Source: a virus
Taxonomy: Duplodnaviria; Caudoviricetes
Reading direction: 5' to 3' (one strand)
DNA length: 30,856 bases
Virus record (IMG/VR): IMGVR_UViG_3300027566_000342
Location: 1-30,856 of that record
The notes under the pieces are model-generated. The model was not told the origin of the DNA. It did no database searches and saw nothing but the letters and a program-made list of their open reading frames with translations. Shown here in pieces: positions 10,204-17,919 of this stretch. The position numbers and the translations under genes are program-made. Position 1 is the first letter of the stretch. Each line of letters begins with the position of its first letter.

Positions 10204-10861
10204 TGAAATTGATGAATTTTTTCAGAAAACGAGGAAATGTATCGAATCTAATAAAAAATATTTATTTTTAGCGAGGGGGAAAGAGTTTCAAGAGGCCGCG
10301 CTTCAAGAGTTGATGAAACTTAGGGATGAGGCAACTGTCATCAAAAAACATTACATTGATATTAAAGATGAAGAATCTGCAAATTTTGTGTTGGAACTTG
10401 AATGCTTAATTTTAGGGTTTATCAAAGAATTTGAGATGTGGATTCTCTTAAAGGAAGATAAGCCTAATGAAGCTTGGGATTCACTAATTGCTAGTCAAGT
10501 TGCGTTTTCTTATGTTGATAGGCATATCTTGGGGGACGAAGACGATTTAAAATTTTATTATAATAAATTACTTTACTTAGAAAAATTGCTATTTCCTCCT
10601 CAATTATTTCAAAGTCCTGGAGGTACTAGTAAAAATATTATTTGTTCAATATGTGGAAAAGATTTTGTCGACTGTGAACATATCTCTGGAAAAAAATATA
10701 TGGGTGAGTTTTGTTTTTCTCTGATTGATGACATGAATCTTGAAGAAATTTCGGTGGTAGATGAACCTGCTGATAAGAGGAATCGAGCTTTTAATATAAT
10801 TCAAAACGGAGAGAAAAGAGATTGGATGACTTGGGGAGTTATTGAAGATGAAGATGATTGA
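10196..10861 (+). CDS. Hypothetical protein: helical N-terminus plus a Zn-finger/prohead-protease-like C-terminal motif
   Basis: ATG at 10196 overlaps the upstream stop (alternative GTG at 10187). C-terminus QSPGG...CSICG...CEH.SG..Y.G..C...EEISVVDEPA. Confidence 0.75.
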   Translation: MNNEIDEFFQKTRKCIESNKKYLFLARGKEFQEAALQELMKLRDEATVIKKHYIDIKDEESANFVLELECLILGFIKEFEMWILLKEDKPNEAWDSLIASQVAFSYVDRHILGDEDDLKFYYNKLLYLEKLLFPPQLFQSPGGTSKNIICSICGKDFVDCEHISGKKYMGEFCFSLIDDMNLEEISVVDEPADKRNRAFNIIQNGEKRDWMTWGVIEDEDD

Positions 10862-10890
10862 AAATGTTTAAAAATATTTATGAACTGTAA

Positions 10891-11397
10891 TTATTCTTTT
10901 TCATGATCATTTTCAGATTCTCCGGGGAATAATAAAATAAAAAAACGTTGGATAACCATTAAAAATGTGATTAAGAAATGTATCACTAAAATGTAAATAA
11001 TTAAACTTGCATACGGGCCTGTTTTATTAGTAATTAATATTAAAATCATTAAAGAAAGTATCAGAACTGATATTAACAAGGAGTATACTGAATCAGTGTA
11101 TAAATGATCTGAAACATCAACTGAATCTTTAGTGAATGTTTCATTGTCTTTGAGATCTTTTCTTATTCCAATTTGAATAACAATTACATTTGGGAGAATA
11201 GCTGTAAATATTGTAAAAGCTACAAGAAGACCATTAATTGCATCTTTATTTAATAGAAAGTTCCATAATACAAGAACTAAAGAGATGAAGACAGGAATAA
11301 TAAAAAATAGGATTACTATATTTATTTTATTTGAATCATCTAACAGATTTCGGTAATGTTGTTCAATGATCGATGAAAAATCAATTAAATCCAACAT
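10891..11397 (-). CDS. Four-TM membrane protein, candidate RexB-like effector
   Basis: Four long hydrophobic segments in 168 aa; GGAG RBS; 17 bp downstream of a co-oriented soluble partner gene. Confidence 0.75.
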   Translation of the reverse strand: MLDLIDFSSIIEQHYRNLLDDSNKINIVILFFIIPVFISLVLVLWNFLLNKDAINGLLVAFTIFTAILPNVIVIQIGIRKDLKDNETFTKDSVDVSDHLYTDSVYSLLISVLILSLMILILITNKTGPYASLIIYILVIHFLITFLMVIQRFFILLFPGESENDHEKE

Positions 11398-11414
11398 TAT
11401 GATCTCTCCGGTAC

Positions 11415-12392
11415 TTATTCAGTTAAATAATTTAAATATCCTTTAGACGTGCTTTTCATATATTCATATTCTGGAAATCCTTTTTCAAGTGTAATTTTTT
11501 CTTCATCTAATGGCAATACTTCTTTATATCCATTAGTTTTTTTCCCAAAAACTAAACTATGATCGGTTCCATCTATTCTCACACCAATCGAAATTTGATC
11601 ATAATCTTCTTCAAAAATTTCAGCAAAGTTTGTTTTAACATTTTTAATAGAATCTGCTATATTTTCTTTATCAAAAAGGCCCTTTTTTGGGCTTATAAGA
11701 GAATATGTTAGTGTTTCTTTAATGTTAGTCGGGTCTCCCATTAATTGTTTTTTTCCTGTTTTTGCATTATATAATCTTTTTGCAGAATTTTTAGAAATTT
11801 TTCTACGGAACAGTTTAATGGTATAAACCCCTTCAGAATCTTGCAGTTTTTCTAATAATTTTTCCGAAATTAATGGTCTAATTTTAATTGAATAATTACT
11901 AATATCTTTAAACTTTAAAATTTCCTTTTTATCATATTTTTTTGGATCATTCAATTCATCCAAAAAAGAATTAATAGCCAATTCAATCACGGTTTTTATC
12001 GCATGAATACTAAATGTTTGTAAAATCAATAATGCCCTATCAGAATTTTTAGGAACATTCAGGTGAAAAAAATAGGGATATACTTCTGAATCTTTAGCCG
12101 TTCGGGCATTTTCTGTTAATTCTTCTTCCTCAATGTTGAAGAAATCAGCAGTGATATCATATTCGCCTGATTTGAATTGACCAAAAATGTTTCGCCCATC
12201 TGGTTCTACTTGATGAACATATAATGTCTTTTTATGATCCTCTAGTACTCTGTGATCTTTATTTTCAAGAAATTTGATGAAGATATCATAAAAATCAATT
12301 TTATTCTCCCCAATTTGATCAACAAGAGAATAATCATTAGTTCCTTTAGTTTTAATAGCAATAGTATATGGTATTAATTTAAATCTAGCAAT
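11415..12392 (-). CDS. Soluble protein of about 325 aa, candidate RexA/KwaB/DUF4747-like sensor; frame extended beyond the ORF track, probable ATT start
   Basis: Manual translation shows no stop between 12029 and the TAG at 12402-12404. The extension reads (I)ARFKLIPYTIAIKTKG...GQFKSGEYD...EVYPYFFHLNVPKNSDRALLILQTF. AGGGTG lies 5 nt before the ATT at 12392. Confidence 0.7.
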   Translation of the reverse strand: MARFKLIPYTIAIKTKGTNDYSLVDQIGENKIDFYDIFIKFLENKDHRVLEDHKKTLYVHQVEPDGRNIFGQFKSGEYDITADFFNIEEEELTENARTAKDSEVYPYFFHLNVPKNSDRALLILQTFSIHAIKTVIELAINSFLDELNDPKKYDKKEILKFKDISNYSIKIRPLISEKLLEKLQDSEGVYTIKLFRRKISKNSAKRLYNAKTGKKQLMGDPTNIKETLTYSLISPKKGLFDKENIADSIKNVKTNFAEIFEEDYDQISIGVRIDGTDHSLVFGKKTNGYKEVLPLDEEKITLEKGFPEYEYMKSTSKGYLNYLTE

Positions 12393-12535
12393 GGTAACAC
12401 CCTATCATAATTAAATATCATTATGCATAAATAATTTTCTAAAAATTGTTATTTCTGATCAATATTAGCATAAGTAGAGTATAGATGCTTCAAAAAGATG
12501 TCAATTTAAATAAAGGAAAGATTTGGGGACTTTAT

Positions 12536-12610
12536 TTGGGATATCCCGTTTGTCAAAACTTTAAAGGGTATTATGAATTAAAATCTGAAGAAAATCCCAA
12601 AGAATTTAAA
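12536..12610 (+). pseudogene. Degenerate remnant of the zinc-ribbon gene 5' end (paralogue of 9076)
   Basis: TTG-GYPVCQNFKGYYELKSEENPKEFK versus [25 protein letters not shown]; both are preceded by TGGGGA; the second Cys is lost and similarity stops near 12610. Confidence 0.75.
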
Positions 12611-13360
12611 TTCCCCTTAATATCCTTTTTTTGTCTTCGAAATCCTTTTTGTTGTCAAGTGTGCCTTCTGGGAAGTATTCTAGGTCACGATAAATTATGT
12701 CGTAGATCTTGATCATGTCTAATTCATAAGCATAGTCTTCTTTCCATCCGGTTTCACAGCAGATATTGGTCATTAGCTTTCTGAATTCTTCTGCTTCTTC
12801 CTGCGCTGTTAAGTTCTTTTTTCTTCTTATTCTTTTTCGGACTTTCCCTTATCATCATCCTGTTCTTTTTCTACTGCTTGGATTGACTTTTTAAGACCTC
12901 TTGGAGGATTAGCTAAAGATATCATAGTATTTCCAATTAACTTGGCATCCCCTTCAGTAATTTCAATATCTTCTATCTCATCAAGTTCAGATGATGTTTT
13001 TCCAGGATAGTAAAATCTTTTGAGCCCCCGCTGGGCGAGTAAAGCTAATGGTCCTTTCATTTCACCGTTTTCATCATAGAGCATTTGATTGGCTATTTCA
13101 TCAATTTCATCATATAATTTGATTAAGTCCTGGAACTCTTCTTCAGTGAAATCTTTATCAGGTTTGATTTCACCTTCTTCAGTTCGGATGATTCTGTTAA
13201 GTTTTCCCTGGACAATCATTGCCTCATTTCGTAGATGTTTAACAGCTATTTCAAATTCTTTGTCTGCTGCTTTATATCCTCTTAATTCAATTTTATTACC
13301 CTCTATTTTTATTTTTTCAGTTGGGCAAAGTTGAGGTATTTTAATTCGTGCTCTTACCAT
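12606..13360 (-). CDS. Frameshift-extended tail assembly chaperone (gpGT-like), -1 frameshift at 12842-12848
   Basis: The -1 frame from the heptamer is open for 80 codons (GKVRKRIRRKKNLTAQEEAEEFRKLMTNICCETGWKEDYAYELDM...ILRGI) to the TAA at 12606-12608. Confidence 0.8.
12827..13360 (-). CDS. Tail assembly chaperone (lambda gpG-like)
   Basis: Directly after the major tail gene; helical and charged; G GGA AAG slippery heptamer four sense codons before the stop. Confidence 0.8.
   Translation of the reverse strand: MVRARIKIPQLCPTEKIKIEGNKIELRGYKAADKEFEIAVKHLRNEAMIVQGKLNRIIRTEEGEIKPDKDFTEEEFQDLIKLYDEIDEIANQMLYDENGEMKGPLALLAQRGLKRFYYPGKTSSELDEIEDIEITEGDAKLIGNTMISLANPPRGLKKSIQAVEKEQDDDKGKSEKE
12842..12848 (-). 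promoter_or_regulatory. Programmed -1 ribosomal frameshift site GGGAAAG
   Basis: The + strand reads CTTTCCC; the heptamer is in the correct X XXY YYZ phase and is identical to the lambda G-T slippery sequence. Confidence 0.8.
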
Positions 13361-13388
13361 TGAAAATATCCTCCTTTAATTCAAATAT

Positions 13389-13397
13389 AAAAAAAAA
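13389..13397 (-). terminator. Oligo-T (T9) archaeal-type terminator/attenuator after the major tail gene
   Basis: A9 run on the + strand, 13 nt past the stop codon of 13411..14220. Confidence 0.5.
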
Positions 13398-13410
13398 TGG
13401 AAGCAACTTT

Positions 13411-14220
13411 TTATGCTGCGTCCTTGAGTAGTATTTTGGGTTTGTCGCCTATGTTTAGTGTGAATGATGCTGTAATGTTGTCACCTTCTTTACCTTCAGG
13501 TAGTGTAGGATCTTTGGTCACTGATTCTAGGATGATTCTTCCCATGACTTCTCGGTCTATGGGGTCGTCTTCTTCATCTCCACTGTAGATGGGGATGTAG
13601 CCATAGAGTAATTTGGGATTGTCTCGGTGCTCATATAATGTGTATCCGGTTTCCACAGTTTCGGTTCCTGTGTATTCTTCATAATTCCCTAAGATGATCA
13701 TTGCCATGTCGGAAAGAATTGCTTCTACGTCGAGGGTTGTTTCAATACCTTGGTATTTTGTGTATTTTTTCTTACTTCCCATTCGCCCTATTTTGTCTTT
13801 GTTCTGGTCTTCTTTGGGTTTTAGGCTCTGCTGGACATACACATCTGCTTCGGTCACACATTTACCATAAACTCCATCTGCACCTTCAGTTGTTGGTGCT
13901 GTGGTTAGTTCAACTGCACCATACACAGTATAATCAGTGTCTGGATCGGTGATGGTTTCTACACTAGTCACTGCTACCACAGTGTCAGTGGTTCCTTTTC
14001 TGGTTACGATCACGACATCTGCAGGCAGTGGTGCTATGGTCCTACCGTTTTTAGGATAGATAGGATAGTGAGTTAATGGGAATTGGAACACTTTGTTGGT
14101 CCCGTCGATGGTCCCGGTTAGTTGGACGAATGTGTCTTCTTGTGGCACTCCCAATACTAAAAGCATGTTTGAGCCATCTAGGGTGCTGTTGGCCATTTGA
14201 TCTATATCTACTACTACCAT
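13411..14220 (-). CDS. Major tail (tube) protein
   Basis: Lies between the connector genes and the frameshifting chaperone; 269 aa, acidic, Thr/Val-rich; inserted beta domain (LTGTIDGTNKVFQFP...LTTAP). Confidence 0.7.
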   Translation of the reverse strand: MVVVDIDQMANSTLDGSNMLLVLGVPQEDTFVQLTGTIDGTNKVFQFPLTHYPIYPKNGRTIAPLPADVVIVTRKGTTDTVVAVTSVETITDPDTDYTVYGAVELTTAPTTEGADGVYGKCVTEADVYVQQSLKPKEDQNKDKIGRMGSKKKYTKYQGIETTLDVEAILSDMAMIILGNYEEYTGTETVETGYTLYEHRDNPKLLYGYIPIYSGDEEDDPIDREVMGRIILESVTKDPTLPEGKEGDNITASFTLNIGDKPKILLKDAA

Positions 14221-14405
14221 TTTTTATTCCTCCTTAGGTTTTTCCCTTTTTCAGCCTCTTCTATTGATTTAAGAGCTGTTTCTTTATCGAATGTTTTGAA
14301 TTCATCTCCAAAGTTTTCAATATAGTTCCTGGCAGATTGATAATCACCTGCCTGAGTGTAATGTTTTACAGTTTTTTCAAGTCCTTTCTGAGTCATTTTA
14401 GACAT
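14214..14405 (-). CDS. Small hypothetical virion-operon protein
   Basis: 63 aa with a GGAGG RBS; overlaps the tail tube start. Confidence 0.65.
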   Translation of the reverse strand: MSKMTQKGLEKTVKHYTQAGDYQSARNYIENFGDEFKTFDKETALKSIEEAEKGKNLRRNKKW

Positions 14406-14460
14406 GAAAAAAATACCTCCATTGAATAGTTTTTTTTAATTCAGAATAATACAAGTGGAT

Positions 14461-15006
14461 TCAAGAAATAACATATGCTGTTCTCTTTTTCGAGATTGTG
14501 AGGATGTATCCAACATAACCTAAAGTATAAAAAACAGGTGTTTTAGTGGTGCGTGGGTCTGCAAGGTTGATGTTCACCCATTTGGGATCTTTCCTGGTGG
14601 GTTTGATTGTCACCCCTGGAAAATCGATGATGTTCTTGTTTTGGAAATATGCTCTAGCAATATCACAATAATGTTTGCATCTATCCTCCGAATCATCATT
14701 CCTCCCTTTGACCCATACCTGCAAACCACCACTTACCTCAGCAACGAGTCCACCACCCATCCCTGAAGTTTTCATATTAGTAGTGTCAAGGCTGGCCACA
14801 CCCATGGTTGTTCCATAAAGGCTTATCTTGGAAGGTCTGCTTTTACGGACATTTTTACCAAATAATGATGTGGCACTAGGAGCGTCTGGATCTTCAGGGT
14901 CAGGTATTGTTTCAGGGTCGATGAATGTTTTCACACAATTAATTAAAGCTGTGTGAACATCCCTGAATTGGAACAATCTTAACTTAATATCAGTCATGAT
15001 TTTCAA
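14461..15006 (-). CDS. Putative tail terminator/completion protein
   Basis: Synteny (last connector before the tail tube) and alpha/beta pattern; the start may be the ATG at 14997. Confidence 0.55.
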   Translation of the reverse strand: MKIMTDIKLRLFQFRDVHTALINCVKTFIDPETIPDPEDPDAPSATSLFGKNVRKSRPSKISLYGTTMGVASLDTTNMKTSGMGGGLVAEVSGGLQVWVKGRNDDSEDRCKHYCDIARAYFQNKNIIDFPGVTIKPTRKDPKWVNINLADPRTTKTPVFYTLGYVGYILTISKKRTAYVIS

Positions 15007-15461
15007 CTTCCCAAGAATTCATCAAGGAATTGTTCGCAGCGCGAGTCAACATCTGCATCTGAAGCAACTAGTGATGTACTAGGATAATCATTAGGAGGAG
15101 TACTGTTTCCAGTTCCATATTTGACATCATAATCCCCACCTAAGACTTCATTCAAATACCAAAACCACCACTTGCGCTGTTTTTCAGTAAGGAATGGTCC
15201 TAATATTGCATGGCCATTAACGATGGGTTCGAAATGGCCTGCAGCACTGAAAATGTATCTGACAAGTGCACTGAATGCTTCCCACATTGTCAGATCATTA
15301 AGTTGTTGTGTTTCACCTATGGGGTTTTCAGATTGCATATATTCTACTTCAATATCGGAAATGTCATCCAACAAGTTGGATGTTTGAGGCAATATGTTAC
15401 CCAGAATCTCTTCCAGATATGGAGTTACCTGATCATCTTTGGTTGTAGAAATAGATCCCAT
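15003..15461 (-). CDS. Putative HK97 gp10-like tail completion protein
   Basis: ENPIGETQQLND resembles the P..TG.L..S motif; F...V.G and P..Y/F-like segments; synteny. Confidence 0.55.
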   Translation of the reverse strand: MGSISTTKDDQVTPYLEEILGNILPQTSNLLDDISDIEVEYMQSENPIGETQQLNDLTMWEAFSALVRYIFSAAGHFEPIVNGHAILGPFLTEKQRKWWFWYLNEVLGGDYDVKYGTGNSTPPNDYPSTSLVASDADVDSRCEQFLDEFLGS

Positions 15462-15465
15462 TGAT

Positions 15466-15882
15466 TCAGCATCTCCTCACCAGACTACCCACTGGTATTT
15501 TAACACTAACTGGATTGTCCGGGTCTTCTTTTTGGTAGCCTTCTCTGATGATTTCAATATAACTCTCCACCAGGAGATCTGCATCTGATTTGTAGTCCCG
15601 AGCTGCAGGACTTAATGTTTCATTGCCACTGTAGGCTGTGTTGAAAATAAATGCTGATGCGTATAATGTGCCGGCTTCGAGTAAGTTGTTGATTGGATCT
15701 TCTTCATCGATGGTTTCGGGGATGGTGGGAATTGGGATACTGTTCTTGCGTAGTTCACTGTTTATCTTGATATCAGCATGGGAAAGAGCCTTGGTTAATG
15801 TGGCAGTTGCTACTGGCTCTTCCATGTTTGCCATTACTTCATTTGTCAGGGTAGTTACTACCCCTGGATCTGCATAGGTCAC
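15466..15882 (-). CDS. Putative head-tail adaptor (gp6/gp15-like)
   Basis: MTYAD start, A...IN..L helix pattern, 138 aa; GTG start with GGAGGAG RBS. Confidence 0.65.
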   Translation of the reverse strand: MTYADPGVVTTLTNEVMANMEEPVATATLTKALSHADIKINSELRKNSIPIPTIPETIDEEDPINNLLEAGTLYASAFIFNTAYSGNETLSPAARDYKSDADLLVESYIEIIREGYQKEDPDNPVSVKIPVGSLVRRC

Positions 15883-15900
15883 CCCTTACTCCTCCTTTTT

Positions 15901-16389
15901 TTATTTGATTATTTTCTGTTTCTTCAAACCCAGATATAAGAGTCTGAAGAGTTTTTGTTCATTGATTGATAGGGTGCTTCTGTTTTCTTTGATTTTCAGC
16001 ATTTCTTCCTCTGCCCAGCGGGTTACATGTTTATCTGTCCATTGTACGGGTAGTTTGGTTTCCCAGGCATAGTTCCCGGGTTTGATGTTGATCTCTGCAT
16101 TGGTGGTTTCAGGGTCGTCTTTGTAGATGATTGAAACGGTGAGGAGTTTTTCACATTTTTTGCATTCGATTTCTTCGGGGATGTTCCCGGTTTTCATATA
16201 CTTAGCAGGTTTGAGTCCGAGTTTCCGGCCACATAATGGGCACTCCATGGCCTTGATACGTTTTTCTTCTTCCTGAAGATGGTTCTCTATTTTCTGTGAT
16301 TCTATCTTCGACTGTAAATCTTCAAGTTCCTCGGGTGATTTCTCTGACAGATTCAATGGTTTCTCGATTTCAACTTCATCTTTAGCCAT
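15901..16389 (-). CDS. Zinc-finger hypothetical protein downstream of the MCP
   Basis: CPLC...CKKC pair after an N-terminal coiled coil; AGGAGG RBS. Confidence 0.7.
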   Translation of the reverse strand: MAKDEVEIEKPLNLSEKSPEELEDLQSKIESQKIENHLQEEEKRIKAMECPLCGRKLGLKPAKYMKTGNIPEEIECKKCEKLLTVSIIYKDDPETTNAEINIKPGNYAWETKLPVQWTDKHVTRWAEEEMLKIKENRSTLSINEQKLFRLLYLGLKKQKIIK

Positions 16390-16403
16390 AATTATTGCCT
16401 CCT

Positions 16404-16414
16404 AAAAAAAAAAA
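16404..16414 (-). terminator. Oligo-T (T11) terminator/attenuator after the major capsid gene
   Basis: A11 run on the + strand, 11 nt past the MCP stop. Confidence 0.55.
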
Positions 16415-16425
16415 TAGAGAAGAAT

Positions 16426-17301
16426 TTACCCTATTAGGGCTGGGTCGATTAAGTTTTTCAGCTGCAGGAAACCATCAGTTTTCTTAACATGGAATGCCTG
16501 GTAAGTTTCGAGGTTGAAAGGATATTCACTGTTAGGCTGTAAATCGAAGTCGATCAAGTTGGGTTCTTCTTCAACATTCCTTTCAGCTATTCTCTTATCA
16601 AAACCACAGATTAAACCACCAGTTGAAGGGATTGATTTGGAAACGTAGATATTATCGGGTGTGGTGCTGAACTGTTTAGCAATCTCCTCGATATACACTA
16701 TCCCACTTGCTGGTTGCTTTTTCCAAGCGTACCTGTAGGCCATGGGGCTTAGGCAGAGTTTGGCTTTCTTCCCACTGTATATTCCAGAAGCTTCATATTT
16801 TGCAAGTGCATCTATGATGTTATCTTCTGGGTTTCTGTTAACAGGAGTGTTCCACTCATAACCAGTTGTTACAGTGAAATCATCTCCAGCATCAGCATAG
16901 ATTCCTTTAACTCCGGCATCGGTGTCTCCGTTGAATATAATATCATCAACATCCTCAGCCACAATCCTTGCACATTCAAGTGCTTCTTCGATGTTAAGGG
17001 CAGAAGTACCTTCTCGTTCGTAGGCTTCTAATTCTTTTCTATGAAGTGCGAATCCGTAGACACTTTCCATGACAGTTACACTGACCTGGGTTCTGTCTGC
17101 AGTTTCACGTGGAACTTCACGTACTCTGTAACCTCGCTTGGCTTTTCCGGTGAACTTACTGACCACTGGTCGTGTGACACGGCCAGTTCCTGCAGGAAGA
17201 TCTGGGCCTTTTGCGATCAGATCTATCCCTACAATGGTTTCATCGAATTCACGGATTACCTCCGCATCGTAATAATTTACTAATCCATCTGGTAAACTCA
17301 T
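16426..17301 (-). CDS. Major capsid protein, HK97 fold (encapsulin/Linocin_M18-like sequence type)
   Basis: 291 aa; CARIVAEDVDDIIFNGD...GVKGI and KLCLSPMAY motifs; follows the protease and decoration genes; GAGGTGA RBS. Confidence 0.88.
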   Translation of the reverse strand: MSLPDGLVNYYDAEVIREFDETIVGIDLIAKGPDLPAGTGRVTRPVVSKFTGKAKRGYRVREVPRETADRTQVSVTVMESVYGFALHRKELEAYEREGTSALNIEEALECARIVAEDVDDIIFNGDTDAGVKGIYADAGDDFTVTTGYEWNTPVNRNPEDNIIDALAKYEASGIYSGKKAKLCLSPMAYRYAWKKQPASGIVYIEEIAKQFSTTPDNIYVSKSIPSTGGLICGFDKRIAERNVEEEPNLIDFDLQPNSEYPFNLETYQAFHVKKTDGFLQLKNLIDPALIG

Positions 17302-17312
17302 CCTTATTCACC

Positions 17313-17906
17313 TCATTTTATTATTTTAACTGGGACAATATCCCCTGCATCTCCACCAACCATGTACTCCCCTAAAACACTGGCATCGGAGGTTCTGGCT
17401 GCCTGAATTTCATCAATCAATCCATTGATTAAATCCACCAGAGCATTGATTGCTCCTTCAACAGATGTGTTGTAGGTGTCCAGGGCTGTGTCAATAGTTG
17501 CCTTGGCATACTCGGTAGGTACAGTTGGTGCAGTTAGATCTGCATCTTCTGCATCAGTAAAGGTGGGTTCATCCTGAGCATATGCCAGTCCTGCAGTGGC
17601 ACCAGGGATACATTTCTGCCCTGCAACTACGGTTTCACCTAATTTCACGTATACGACTCCTTTATCGTATAGTGTGGGTCTTTCTCCAGTTTTCCACTGG
17701 GTTTTAGGTACGATTCCTCCACTACCATCAGGTCCCATGCTGTCTTCTGAGGGTACAGATACGGCGATAGGTACTGATCCAGCAGTGGCCTTAACCACCT
17801 TGGTCTTATCTGTGGCATGGAATTTGGTTAGGTAGTAGTAAGGGAGTGCCTCTCCAGCTGCTACTTCTATGGCCATTTCATGGCCGTAATATGGTTTGTT
17901 AGCCAT
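17313..17906 (-). CDS. Capsid decoration/cement protein (DUF2190-like beta-tulip) with a helical insertion
   Basis: A.EAL...KATAG..PIAV...G.V.V..GE.V.AG......G.A...VLG......AGDIVPV pattern; sits between the protease and MCP genes. Confidence 0.7.
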   Translation of the reverse strand: MANKPYYGHEMAIEVAAGEALPYYYLTKFHATDKTKVVKATAGSVPIAVSVPSEDSMGPDGSGGIVPKTQWKTGERPTLYDKGVVYVKLGETVVAGQKCIPGATAGLAYAQDEPTFTDAEDADLTAPTVPTEYAKATIDTALDTYNTSVEGAINALVDLINGLIDEIQAARTSDASVLGEYMVGGDAGDIVPVKIIK

Positions 17907-17919
17907 TTACATCATCCTC

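Noticed and set aside
12485-12712. 75-aa + strand ORF as an intact gene
   Set aside because: Only its middle matches the zinc-ribbon start, with a Cys lost; the rest is antisense to the frameshift extension. Treated as a remnant.
16426-17301. Cellular encapsulin nanocompartment
   Set aside because: It is surrounded by portal, terminase, protease and tail genes with no cargo enzyme, so it is a viral capsid.
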